NCBI GenBank assembly: GCA_964016885.1
Contig: OZ024742.1
Span: 42,098,001 to 42,162,000, forward strand
Direction: 5' to 3'
DNA from: Eledone cirrhosa
Lineage: Eukaryota
Length of the DNA stretch: 64,000 bases
Shown here piece by piece: positions 27,206 through 39,107 of this stretch. The notes beneath the pieces were generated by a model. It was not told where the DNA came from and ran no database searches. It saw nothing but the letters and a program-made list of their open reading frames with translations. The translations under genes were made by a program, and so were the position numbers. Position 1 is the stretch's first letter. Each line of letters starts with the position of its first letter.

Positions 27206-27504
27206 ATATATATATATATATATATAAAAAAAAGAGAAAGGAAAAGGGAGGGAAAAAAACCCAAAACAGTCCACGTTGTAATGTGGTCAGGTAACATGGT
27301 AAAAAGCTCCCAGTCCACACTGTAAATGTTGTTGGTGTTAAGAAGGGCATTCAGCTGTAGAAAACCTGCCAGATAGTCCTATTCGAGCGAGACAGGGTCA
27401 CCTGACCAATCTTGCCTCAAATGGGACAATTCCCGTCTAACCCATGCTAGCGTGGAAGATACGTTAAACGATGATGATGATAATGATATATATATATATC
27501 ATCA

Positions 27505-27845
27505 ATTCATCATCATCAATTTACGTCCGCTTTTCCCTGCTTGCAAGGGTGGGACGGGAACTGATTCTGGCTTGATTTCTACAGCTAGATGCCCTCCCTA
27601 ACACCAACCTCATTTACAGTGAGTGCTGGGTGCTTTTTTGCCGTGGCACCTCCACGACCTCTTTGCAGTGGAATGATAGGGACCCCAGTCCCTATCATCT
27701 AATTTCTACAACTGAGTAAACTGGAGCAATGTGAAATAAAGTGTCTTGCTCAAGGAAGCAACACATCACCCGGTCTGAGAATTGAACTCACAACCTTTCG
27801 ATTGCAAGGGCAATGCTCTAACCACTAAGCCATGTGCCTCCATTG
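27505..27845 (-). mobile_element. tRNA-head / CORE-like / RTE-tail SINE
   Basis: Reverse complement of 34688-35030. Confidence 0.85.
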
Positions 27846-27879
27846 CTCTAACCACTATATATATATATAATATACATAT

Positions 27880-30695
27880 ATCATCATCATCATTTAACAT
27901 CTATCTTCCACGCTAGCATGGGTTTAGATGGGAATTGTCCCACGTGAGACAATATTGGTTGTCTTGCTCGTATAGGAAAGTCTGGTGGGTTTTCTATGGC
28001 TGGATGCCCTTCCCAACACCAACCATGTCTACAGTGTTGGCTGGGAGGTTTTTGCCATGTTACCTACACGGCCACATTACAGCGTGGACTGTGTGTTATT
28101 TTTGTTGTGACACCTACACGACCTCATTTATTTAGGACTGGATATTGTGGCACCAACACAACTTTACAGAGAAAGGGGTGTAAGGTGGAGGTGGGGGTAG
28201 GGGTAGTGGATGGAGGTGTATTTTTGGTTAGGAGGTGCCTACTGACTGTAGGTTTCGCTTTGTACTTAGGCAAGGCGGGTCTTCTGTATTACTACGTAGC
28301 GCCAAAGATCTCGGTCTAGTGACATTGTCTTGGAGAGGTGTAAGTGTGTAAGGTCGGAATTTATCAAATCGTTCCAGGTTTTTCTGGAACTGCCTACTCC
28401 GTAGCTTCCATCTATTTTGATCGCCCTGCACTTTTTTATACAGCTGTCGTCTTTCATGCGCATCACGTGACCATACCAACATAGTCTTCTCTCGAGTAAA
28501 CAACATCTGATCCCTCTTATTCCTAATTTCTCACTTAGTTCATTTATGCTTTGCCGTTCACGTATATTACTATTACACATCCAACGGAGCATGCAAGCTA
28601 CGTTCCTCTCCAGTCTGCGTATATCCTCTGCACACAATGCCCAGGTCTCACTGCCATGTAACATTGCTGTATGTATGCAGGCATCATACAGTCTGCCTTT
28701 CATTTTTAGGGAGAAACCTTTAGCGGCCAATAGTGGTATAAGTTCTCTGAACTTTTTCCATCTCTTTCTGACTCTAGTTACTATACTTTCAGAGCACCCT
28801 CCCCCACTGCTGATTTTGTCACCCAGGTAACGGAAGCTGTCCACTATTTCTATAGAACCATCTGAGCAATGGAAGGAGCTAGTATCCTGTGGGTACTTGC
28901 TACTACTTATTGCACTTGAGCACCAGCCACATCTAAAATTTATGTTCTTAGTTAGTTTACCTGTGATCACACTACATCTTTTATGCACCCATACTTTGCA
29001 TTTGGGACATAAAATGGAGTTTCTGCCTACTCCTTTCCTACACACTGAACATGGCCATTTCCCAGAGGAGACCAGTGCCCTATTTTCCTTCCTACATACT
29101 AGAACTTTCGTCTTAGACAAGTTAATTTTAAGGCCTTTTGATTCTAGGCCATGCTTCCAAGTTTGGAATTTCTTCTTTAGTTCAGCCATTGATTCAGCTA
29201 TGAGCGTTAGATCATCTGCATATAGGAGTTCCCATGGGCAGCCGGTCTTGAACTCCACTGTTATAGCCTGAAGGGCAATAATAAATAGGAGGGGGCTAAG
29301 GACAGAGCCCTGATGAACACTGACCTTTACACTAAACTCTTCACTATATTCATTGTTAATTCTAACCTTGCTGACTGTTTCTTTATACATGGCTTGTATA
29401 GCTCTCACGAACCATTCATTAACACCTAGTTTTCTAAGAGCCCACCAGATAATGGAGCTGGGGACTCAAAAGCTTTCTCCAAGTCAACATAAGCTAAGTA
29501 TAGGGGTTTACTTTTAGCTAGGTACTTCTCCCGTAGTTGTCGTACAAGGAAAAGAGCGTATGTGGTACTTTTACCTGACCTAAACCCAAACTGCATTTCA
29601 TCTAGATCAATTCGCTCTCTGATTAGTTGCGCTATAACTTTTTCTGTGACCTTCATGACGTGTCAATTAATTTAATGCCTCTATAGTTTCTCCTATCTAG
29701 GGCATCTCCTTTACCCTTGTAGCAGTTAATGATGATGCTGTTACGCCAGTCATTTGGTATGACCCCATTCTGTATGACTTGGTTTACTATCCAGGAGACC
29801 ATAGTGTGTCCCACTGATCCAGATGCTTTCAGCATTTCAGCAACTATCTCCGAAGGCCCAGCTGCTTTCCTTGTCTTCATATCTTTGATTGCCTTACTTA
29901 TTATACTACCTTCAACTTGCACTGCTGGTCCCTCTATTGGATCGATTTGGGGCAGACTATCTTTTTCCCACTTATTCTCCTCATTTAGTAGCCTCTCGTA
30001 GTGACACTTCCAAGCTACCTTCTTATCAGTATCAGGGACGGCAAGTATACCATCATTATGGACACACTTCTCCCCGACAATATCACGGTTTTCCTTGACA
30101 CATTGTCTAGCAATCCTGAACATCTCACGTTGTAAAACATGCTTGAACTTTCTTTCCTCTGCTTCCCTTCTTGCAAGGTACATTTGTCTCCTAGCTTCCT
30201 TCCTGGCCACTTGATAGTGTTCTCTACTTCTCCCATCCTGCCATACTTTCCAAGCTTGCTTTTTGGCTTTGATTGACTCCTCCACCTTACTATTCCACCA
30301 CCATGTTACTCTCCTCCTGCCTATAGGTCTGCTCCAGCCACAGATTTCATCTGTTGCCTTCAGCAGGTTAACTTTCAGGAATTCCCACTGTTCCTCTATA
30401 CTGTACGTCTCTAATTGATCTTCCTTACTGTCAAAAGCATCGAGTAGTATGCTTTTAAATTTGTTACTGGCTGTGGGGTCCTTTAACTTCCATATTCTTC
30501 TTCTCAGAGTTGTCCTCCTCTGTTGTCAAGTACGTCTCGTCCTGACTATGAGGTCACTAACTATGAGGCTATGTTGGGAGGTGCATTCTTCACAGGGGAG
30601 GGATTTAGTGTTTACAACCGACACTGTCACGTCTTCTAGTAAGGATAAAATCTATCTGACTGGCGTGTTACCCTGATCTATAGGTGATCAAGTGA
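27880..30695 (-). mobile_element. RTE-clade LINE, 5'-truncated, frameshifted
   Basis: NYRGIKL, MQFGF...ST, VDLEKAF, HQGSVLSPLLF, LLYADD, C-x2-C zinc-finger-like insert, YLG, HGSETW, WYGHV; (GAT)n tail. Confidence 0.92.
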
Positions 30696-30704
30696 TTGTC
30701 TCGT

Positions 30705-32597
30705 TTTTCGAGATAGTAAACCAAGTTATACAGAATGGGGTCATACCAAATGACTGGCGTAACAGCATCATCATTAACTGCTACAAGGGTAAAGGAGATG
30801 CCCTAGATAGGGGAAACTATAGAGGCATTAAATTAATTGACTAGGTCATGAAGGTCACAGAAAAAGTTATAGCGCAACTAATCAGAGAGCGAATTGATCT
30901 AGATGAAATGCAGTTCGGGTTTGTGTCAGGTAAAAGTACCACAGAGGCTCTTTTCATTGTACGACAACTACAGGAGAAGTACCTAGCTAAAAGTTAACCC
31001 CTATACTTAGCTTTTGTTGACTTGGAGAAAGCCTTTGACAGAGTCTCCTGCTCCATTATCTGGTGGGCTCTTAGAAAACTAGGTGTTAATGAATGGCTCG
31101 TGAGAGCTATATAAGCCATGTATAAAGAAACAGTCAGCAAGGTTAGAATTAACAACGAATATAGTGAAGAATTTAGCGTAAAAGTCGTTCATCAGGGCTC
31201 TGTCCTTAGCCCCCTCCTATTTATTATTGCCCTTCAGGCTATAACAGAGGAGTTCAAGACCGGCTGCCCATGGGAACTTCTATACGCAGATGATCTAACG
31301 CTCATAACTGAATCAATGGCTGAACTAGAGAAGAAATTCCAAACTTGGAAGCATGGCCTAGAATCAAAAGGCCTTAAAATTAACTTGTCTAAGACGAAAG
31401 TTCTAGTATGTAGGAAGGAAAATAGGGCACTGGTCTCCTCTGGGAAATGGCCATGTTCAGTGTGTAGGAAAGGAGTAGGCAGAAACTCCATTTTATGTCC
31501 TAAATGCAAAGTATGGGTGCATAAAAGATGTAGTGTGATCACAGGTAAACTAAGAACATAAATTTTAGATGTGGCCGGTGCTCAAGTGCAATAAGTAGTA
31601 GCAAGTACCCACAGGATACTAGCTCCTTCCATTGCTCAGATGGTTCTATAGAAATAGTGGACACCTTCCGTTACCTGGGTGACAAAATCAGCAGTGGTGG
31701 AGCGTGCTCTGAAAGTACAGTAGCTAGAGTCAGAAAGAGATGGAAAAAGTTCAGAGAGCTTATACCACTATTGGCCGCTAAAGGTTTCTCCCTAAAAATG
31801 AAAGGCAGACTGTATAATGCCTGCATACATACAGCAATGTTACATGGCAGTGAGACCTGGGCATTGTGTGCAGAGGATCTGCGCAGACTGGAGAGGAATG
31901 AAGCTCGCATGCTCCGTTGGATGTGTAATAGTAATATACGTGAACAGCAAAGCATAAATGAACTAAGTGAGAAATTAGGAATAAGAGGGATCAGATGCTG
32001 TTTACTCGAGAGAAGACTACATTGGTATGGTCACGTGATGCGCATGAAAGACGACAGCTGTATAAAAAAGCGCAGGGCGATCAAAATAGATGGAAGCTAC
32101 AGAGTAGGCAGACCCAGAAAAACCTGGGACGATCTGATAAATTCTGACCTCATCCACTTACACCTCTCGAAGACAATTCAACTGGACCGAGATCTTTGGC
32201 GCTACGCAGTAATACAGAAGACCCGCCTTGCCTAAGTACAAAGCGAAACCTAGTCAGTGGGCACCTCTTAACCAAAAATACACCTCCATCCACTACCCCT
32301 ACCCCCACCCCTTTCTCTGTAAGTTATGTTGGTACAACAACATCCAGTCCTAAATAAATGTAGGTGTCACGACAAAAATAACACACAGTCCACGCTGTAA
32401 TGTGGCCGTGTAGCTAACACGGCAAAAACCTCCCAGTCCACACTGTAGACGTGGTTGGTGTTAGGAAGGGCATCCAGCCATAGAAAACTTGCCAGACAGT
32501 CCTATACGAGCAAGACAACCAATCTTGCCCAAGTGGGACAATTCCCGTCTAAACCCATGCTAGCATGGAAGATAGACGTTAAACGATGGATGATGAT
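30705..32597 (+). mobile_element. RTE-clade LINE, inverted twin of the previous element
   Basis: ORFs 31118-31561 and 31657-32235 nearly identical to 28266-29408; same 3' UTR. Confidence 0.92.
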
Positions 32598-32624
32598 ATA
32601 TACATACATATATATATATACACA

Positions 32625-32935
32625 CACACATACAGATAGAACAACCAACTAGTGACAAGTAAATAAATAAAAACACACCCACTCGGGTGTAAAGCATGTG
32701 CAAACTAAGCACACAACACACAAAAACAAGATGGTGTAGGACAGAACAAAGGAGAGACACACAAAATAAAAACCTAGTCACTGAGGAGGTGACAATGTAT
32801 GACAAAAGAGCTCTGACAATATATAAACAACCTTTCGGTTATCGAACCAACCAACGAACTGGAAACTTAATTGAAGTGAAATCCAACAGGTGCGTGTGTT
32901 TTTATTGGCAGCATGACCCTCCCAAAGTAAAACAT
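32625..32935 (+). mobile_element. Diverged solo pLTR of the same Penelope-like family, opposite orientation
   Basis: Reverse-complement match to 33180-33520; degenerate hammerhead GTCA CTGAGGA...AAAA GAGC TC TGAC at 32777-32817. Confidence 0.82.
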
Positions 32936-33177
32936 ACATATATATATATATATATAATAATGAAATTATTGTGTACAGTACTCAGGTGCACTACAACATA
33001 TATATATGTCAAAAAATTCAGGACCCCAATGGCTGAGCTCCGGCCATTTCAACAGCTAGATCTAGCCGTTGGGGGTCCCAAATTTTTCCATATTACCCAC
33101 TCTACTGTCCCAAGTATTGAGTACTTTGGTGAGTAATAGTCTAACTCGTTTTTACCGCCTCAATTCTGATATATATA

Positions 33178-34036
33178 TATTGTTATACTTTGGGAGGGTC
33201 ATGTTGCCAATAAGAAACACATGCACCAGTTGCTTTCACTTCAATTTATTATAAATTTCCGGTTGGTTGGTTGGTTCCACAACCGGATGGTTGTTCATAT
33301 ATTGTCAAAGTTCTTTCGTCACACATTCTGTGACCTCTTCAGTGACTGGGATTCTTTTCTTTGTTTTGTGCCTCTCCTTTGTTCCGTCCTACACCATCTT
33401 GTTTTTTGTGTGTTGTGTGCTTAGTTTGCGCATGTGTTACATCCGGGTGTCTGTGTTTTTATTTGTTTATTTATTTGTTTATTTACATGTTACTAGTTAG
33501 TTGTTTGTTCTATGTGTGTGTGTTTTCATTTTGTCCTTAATTATAAGTTGTGACTTGTTATTCCATTCATGTTTTCTATTTAATTTTGGTTGGAGTTCAT
33601 TTATATTTATTGCCTCTGTGATTTGTCTAAACATTGCGTCTTTTCTGTGTGTAGATTCTATTTTTATCTCTATGTTCTCTAATTTGCCCTTATGTTCTAT
33701 TTTAGAATGTTGGTGGAGTATTGATGAGTCTTTTCTATCTTGGAGTTTTCGCCAGTGTTCATTTAATCGTTCTCCTATGCTACGAGCTGACTCACCTATG
33801 TAGATTATATTCTTATTTTTACATTGTCCCTCAGTACATCTTATGCTATATACTATGTTTCTAGTTTTACAGTTAATATGGGGGCTTAGCTTACAGATTA
33901 TGCATTTCCTATCTATACAGAGAGGTCTTTGAAAAGGGTATGTATTACTAATTAGTGTTTTTATAGAGGTACCTGGTGTTTCCACAGGGGCAGAGGTTAC
34001 TAAGGTCATATGTAGATCATACCTAGATACATATGA

Positions 34037-34040
<4 letters not shown>
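33178..34040 (-). mobile_element. 5'-truncated Penelope-like element: GIY-YIG endonuclease C-terminus plus pLTR with hammerhead
   Basis: ORF 33497-34009: C-x2-C...NCKTRNIVYSIRC...C...YIGES.R....R..EH...H....H...R...EA..I....P.LNR; 3' region ends in (TA)n. Confidence 0.9.
33304..33346 (-). ncRNA. Minimal type I hammerhead ribozyme in Penelope pLTR
   Basis: GUCA CUGAAGA G GUCACA gaaug UGUGAC GAAA GAAC UU UGAC: stem I, core, stem II, GAAA, short stem III, UH. Confidence 0.8.
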
Positions 34041-34073
<33 letters not shown>

Positions 34074-34134
34074 CGGCGATGAATTAGTTTTGCGAGTTTT
34101 TTTTATATGAAATCGTGTGTCGAAACAAATATTG

Positions 34135-34649
34135 CTATACTTGGGGAGGGTCATATTTGTGTAATATTGCCAGAATTAATAACAGAACACACTCACTGTT
34201 TGGTTGGTTTTCGCTTCTGTGTCTTTTATATCGGTAATCTAATTTATTCGGTCCTCAATGTTGCCATTGACTGACCGACGGTCAAAAATAATACAGATAC
34301 AATATAGACACAAACACATATATATAGTTTATCAAAGTTCTTTCGTTGCACATCTGCAACATCGTCAGTGGTGCTATTGTTTCCTCCCGTTACACTGTAT
34401 GTCTACGCCATTTTTATTTAGTCTGTCTACGATGTGCAACGAAAGAACTTTGATAAACTATATATATGTGTTTGTGTCTATATTGTATCTGTATTATTTT
34501 TGACCGTCGGTCAGCCAATGGCAGCATTGAGGACCGAATAAATTAGATTACCGATATAAAAGACACAGAAGCGAAAACCAACCAAACAGTGAGTGTGTTC
34601 TGTTATTAATTCTGGCAATATTACACAAATATGACCCTCCCCAAGTATA
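34135..34649. repeat. Inverted repeat, about 220-bp arms, 76-bp spacer; Penelope pLTR-derived
   Basis: 34135-34354 vs 34431-34649; terminal ATGACCCTCCCCAAGTATA is nearly identical to the GIY-YIG element's 3' end. Confidence 0.93.
34331..34372 (-). ncRNA. Minimal hammerhead ribozyme
   Basis: ACCA CUGACGA U GUUGCA gaug UGCAAC GAAA GAAC UU UGAU; stem II covaries with 33304-33346. Confidence 0.75.
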
Positions 34650-34687
34650 AAAAAAAAAAAAAAAGAATATATATATATATATATATA

Positions 34688-35030
34688 ATGGAGGCACATG
34701 GCTTAGTGGTTAGAGCATTGGCCTTGCAATCGAAAGGTTGTGAGTTCAATTCTCAGACCAGGCGATGTGCTGTTTCCTTGAGCAAGACACTTTATTTCAC
34801 ATTGCTCCAGTTTACTCAGCTGTAGAAATGAGATGATAGGGAATGGGGTCCCTATCATTCCACTGCAAAGTGGTCGTGGAGGTGCCACGGTAAAAAAGCA
34901 CCCATCACTCACTGTAAATGAGGTTGGTGTTAGGAAGGGCATCCAGCTGTAGAAACCAAGCCAGAATCAGTTCCCATCCCACCCTTGCAAGCAGGGAAAA
35001 AGCGGACGTAAAATGAAATGATGATGATGA
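34688..35030 (+). mobile_element. tRNA-head / CORE-like / RTE-tail SINE
   Basis: TGGCTTAGTGGTTAGAGC...GAGTTCAATTC head; CCTTGAGCAAGACACTTT CORE-like block; tail GGTTGGTGTTAGGAAGGGCATCCAGC...(GAT)n shared with the RTE 3' end at 32.45-32.6 kb. Confidence 0.87.
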
Positions 35031-35630
35031 TATATATATATATATATCTGAGTAGGGTTGAGAGCTGAGAGAAAGGAGTACTCGATACCGAAGTAGAGTT
35101 TTAATATTCAATATTATTAAGGCTAAAAAGTGAGTGGAATTTTGCCTGTTTACTACAGGAACGAAGACTTGGAGTGGAGGAAGGAGGTAATAATAATAGA
35201 GAAGGCTTAATTATGATAGGATGGGGGAGAAGGCGATACAGGGTAGTCATGGGTATAGCCATAGACATTTGACTGGTCAGTGGAAGGCAGGTGGTGAAAA
35301 TATAGGGGGTTTGTGAAAATGTTGATAGGATTGGTGGAAGGAATAAACATGCTATATGTAAATAAATATATTTGTGCTTGTGTGTGTATATATATTTATT
35401 TATTTACATATAGCATATGTTTATATGGTTTTAGATGTATGTATGTGTAAATATGTTTGCATGTAGGCATGTAATTGTATATATATATACACAGATAGAT
35501 CTACCACTCAATGGTGGGTCTAAACCGTATAAAGAACTCAATGTAATCCGTATGTAGAAGATGTCGTGAAGCAAAGTTTAAAATACAAAATTTTTTATCA
35601 ACGATATACTTCAATTGGATACAGAGTCAA

Positions 35631-35945
35631 AATAGAAATATTAAAACAATGAAATTAAACACAAAACTGTTAATTCATAGTAAAACATATTATTTTACGA
35701 TCGTTTCTGGGGGGGGGGGGGTAGTTCTCTGTATAAATAATCTTTATTTCTGAAGACGGCGGGTAGTGAAGATGTATGCATTTTTTTCTTACTATGATAT
35801 TTTGTAATATGTTTTACATAGATCAATAATTGAATGAACATACAGAGAACTAACCCCCCCCCCCCCCAGAAACGATCGTAAAATAATGTGTTTTACTATG
35901 AATTAACAGTTTTGTGTTTAATTTCATTGTTTTAATATTTCTATA
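35631..35945. repeat. Inverted repeat, about 105-bp arms
   Basis: 35631-35734 vs 35839-35945, including matched poly-G/poly-C runs. Confidence 0.92.
35744..35886 (+). ncRNA. Hammerhead ribozyme with long stem/loop II insertion
   Basis: UUAUUU CUGAAGA C GGCGGGUAG...(about 85 nt)...CUAACCCC A GAAA CGAUCG UA AAAUAA; palindromic stem III, GUA cleavage triplet. Confidence 0.68.
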
Positions 35946-35964
35946 TATATATGTATATAACTAA

Positions 35965-38925
35965 ATTTGAATGACCTAAAAGTAAACTTAGAAGAGATGA
36001 AAGTCTTAATAGGTTGGAAGAGAAGTGGCCTTATTCAATATGTTAGAAATTCCATGTGTTCACAAAGTAATCTACGGATAGACTGGAGATTTAGTAGGAT
36101 TGTATGCAGGTTAACAGAAAAGGTAGACTTTGTATGTGGCAGATGCACCACAGGAGAAGTACGCACTAAGAGCACATGTGAAATAAATAGCCTCAGTTGC
36201 CATGGAGGTTCCTTAGAAGTTGTTGACAACTTTTGTTACCTAGATGACCTCATCAACAGTTGGAGAAGATGCTCTGAAAGTGTGATAGTGAGGATAGGAA
36301 TAGGCTGGAAGTTTAGAGAAATGGTATCTTTGCTGACAACAAAGTACTTCTCTCTTAGAGTGAAGGGTAGACTGTATAGTGCCTGTGTGAGAACTGCAAA
36401 GCTATATGGCAGTGAAACATTGGCCTTGACTGCAGAAGACCTATGAAGGCTAGAAAGAAATGAAGTATGTATGTGTAATGTTAGTGTGCATGAATGACAG
36501 AATAAGTGAACTGAGAGAAAAACTTAGCATAAAAGGAATTGGATATAGCATGCAAGAGAGAAGTCTGTGTTGGTATAGACATGAGATGAGTATGGAAGAT
36601 GGCAGCTGCATAAAGAAATGCAGAGAAATCCCAGTGGCTGGGACCCATGGAATAGGCAGACCCAGAATGATTTGGGACAAGGTAGTGAAGACTGATCTTA
36701 AACTAAACCTCACAACAAAAATGATAAAGGACTGGCGTAATGTTGTGCTGGTGATGACCTGGCCACCAGCATGTAATGTGGCCTGACCCATCCCTGTGTC
36801 CCCCTTCCTCTACCACTCCCTAGTGGCTATCCTCACCATCACTGCAACCCCGCACCCCATCTATTCTCCATCCAATATTACTTCTTAGCTAATCTCCTTT
36901 TAAAACTCTTAGATACCTTCGTTAACACACAGTAGTAGCTACTCTCTCCACCCCTGTACACCTCACCCATGCCCCTCAACTCTTCTTAGCTATTCTCACA
37001 ATCACTACACACCCCTTCATGACAGTTAAGTACCACCAAGCTAAGCGACTGACCACACCATCCACACCCCACCTCTATCTTCGTTTAGGTATTCTCACCA
37101 CAACTACATCTCCTATCCTATGTTATTGAAGGTCATCCCTCCTACTTATTACCATGTCAAATCACACTATACTTGCCTTACACCCATAACTTCATATCTT
37201 GATTCTACTTCCATTTTGTCTCTAACTCTTCTATGAATTCAGCTATAAGGGCTAGGTTATCAGCATACAGGAGTTCCCATTGAGTGGCAGTTTTAAACTC
37301 TTCAGTGATGCCTGAATGACAATGATGAACAGGAGTAGACTGAAGACACCACCGGCATTAACTCATCACTGTACTCATTGCCAACTCTCATTTTGCTGGT
37401 TGCATCTTTATACATGGCTTGCCTGGCCCTCACAAACCATTCAGCTACACCTGGCTTCTTAAGTGCCAACCAGATTATAGAGCATGGAACCCTGTCAAAG
37501 GCCTTCTCAAGATCTACAAATGCTTGATACAGTGGTTTACTCTTAGCTAAGTACTTCTCCTGTAGTTGTCTCAACAAGAAGAGGGCATTGGTAACACCCC
37601 TACCTGGTATAAATGCAAACTGCACCACATCTAACTTGATTCTGTCCCTAATTAGTTGTGATATCACCCTTTCATGATCTGGTCCATCAGCTTGATACCT
37701 TTGTAGTTACTTTTCTCTAGTGCATCTTTTTCACCCTTGTAACAATTTACAATGATACTGCTGCAACAGTCATTGGGTATGACATCATTCTGTACTAATT
37801 GATTAATTATATGTCTGATAAGCTCATATCCTACCATGCCAGATACTTATAGCATTTCAGCAACTATACTTTATCTATCAACTTTTATAGCTAGTTCCTC
37901 AGTTGGGTCTACATGGGGTTGGCCCTTGCTGTCTCATTTAATCTCTTCATTTAGGAACCTCTCATAGTAAGTCTTCCATGCCTCTTTCTTTTTGACTTCA
38001 GACAGGGCAAATACTTCACTGTGATTTTGAACACACTTCTCCCCAACCACATCACGATTTACTCTAGCACTCTGTCTCATAATCCAGAATATTTCATGGC
38101 TCTGATTTTCATGTGACAGAAACTTCTTTTCTGCCTCTCCCCTGTGGCATCTGGCCTCTCTTCTAGCTCTATGTCCCTCCTTTTCTTCATGACTCTCCAG
38201 ATTTATCTTTTTGTTTTTATGGTGCTATCTACCTTAATATTCCACCACCATATCACTCTCCACTTTGCTGGAACTTTGCTTTAGCAGCAGGCCTGGTTTG
38301 TGGCTTCCAGCAGGTTGTCTCATAAAAATTCCTAATTTTTCTCTCTGTTATAGGTCTTCATCTCCTCTTCTTTACTGCTATAGGCATCAAGTAGGATTTC
38401 TCTGAATTTATTACCTGCAGAGGTTTCTCTTCACTTCTAGGTCTTCCTTCTCCAGACTGGCTTTTGTCTCTTAGTCTGACTAGCACTTAGTCTAAGGTCA
38501 CTAGCAACTAATCTATGTTGGGAGGTACATTCTTCTCCAAGAAAGGGCTTAGCATTTACAACCATTTACCCATCTTGTTTCCCGGTGAAGTCTATTTAGC
38601 TTATATGCCCCATTGAATGGTAGGTAACCAGGTGGCTGGTTAGTTTCCTGAACTTTGTATTGCAGATTGTAAGGTTTAGAGTATTGCAGAACTTCAGAAG
38701 CCTAGTTCTCTCTTCCTTTCTTGTACCATAACCATAGCCTCCTTGTACACCAGGAAATCTGTCATGGGGTTTCCCAACATTTGTGAAGTCACCAATTGTG
38801 ACAATGACATAACTATCATTTGTCATTGAGATAGTCTGTAGGAGGACTTCACAGAAGTGGCCCTTCTGCTCATTTGTAAGCCCAGCTAGTGAGGCATATA
38901 CAGATAGTATATATAAGAACTTTTG
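35965..38925. mobile_element. Old degenerate RTE LINE with internally inverted 3' segment
   Basis: APE-RT portion on - (38925-37200, GDF...GGYGYG, VDLEKAFDRVP, WELLYAD); continuation LKVNL...YGSET...GRPR on + (35965-36790). Confidence 0.8.
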
Positions 38926-39107
38926 TTAAGTTTTTTTCTGAACACCAGCTTAATAATGTGAAAGTTATATTACAAAATCCCACCAAATTCTGATTATTTA
39001 AAAAATTAATTGAAAATCATTAACCATGTCTTTCATAAGAAATATGGTAATAAAAGAGTTAAGGAAAAAAGAAAAATAAATATCGCCAACAAATTCATTT
39101 ATTTCCC

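Noticed and set aside
34688-34765. Possible tRNA gene
   Set aside because: tRNA-like head runs directly into a SINE body and RTE tail; no proper acceptor stem
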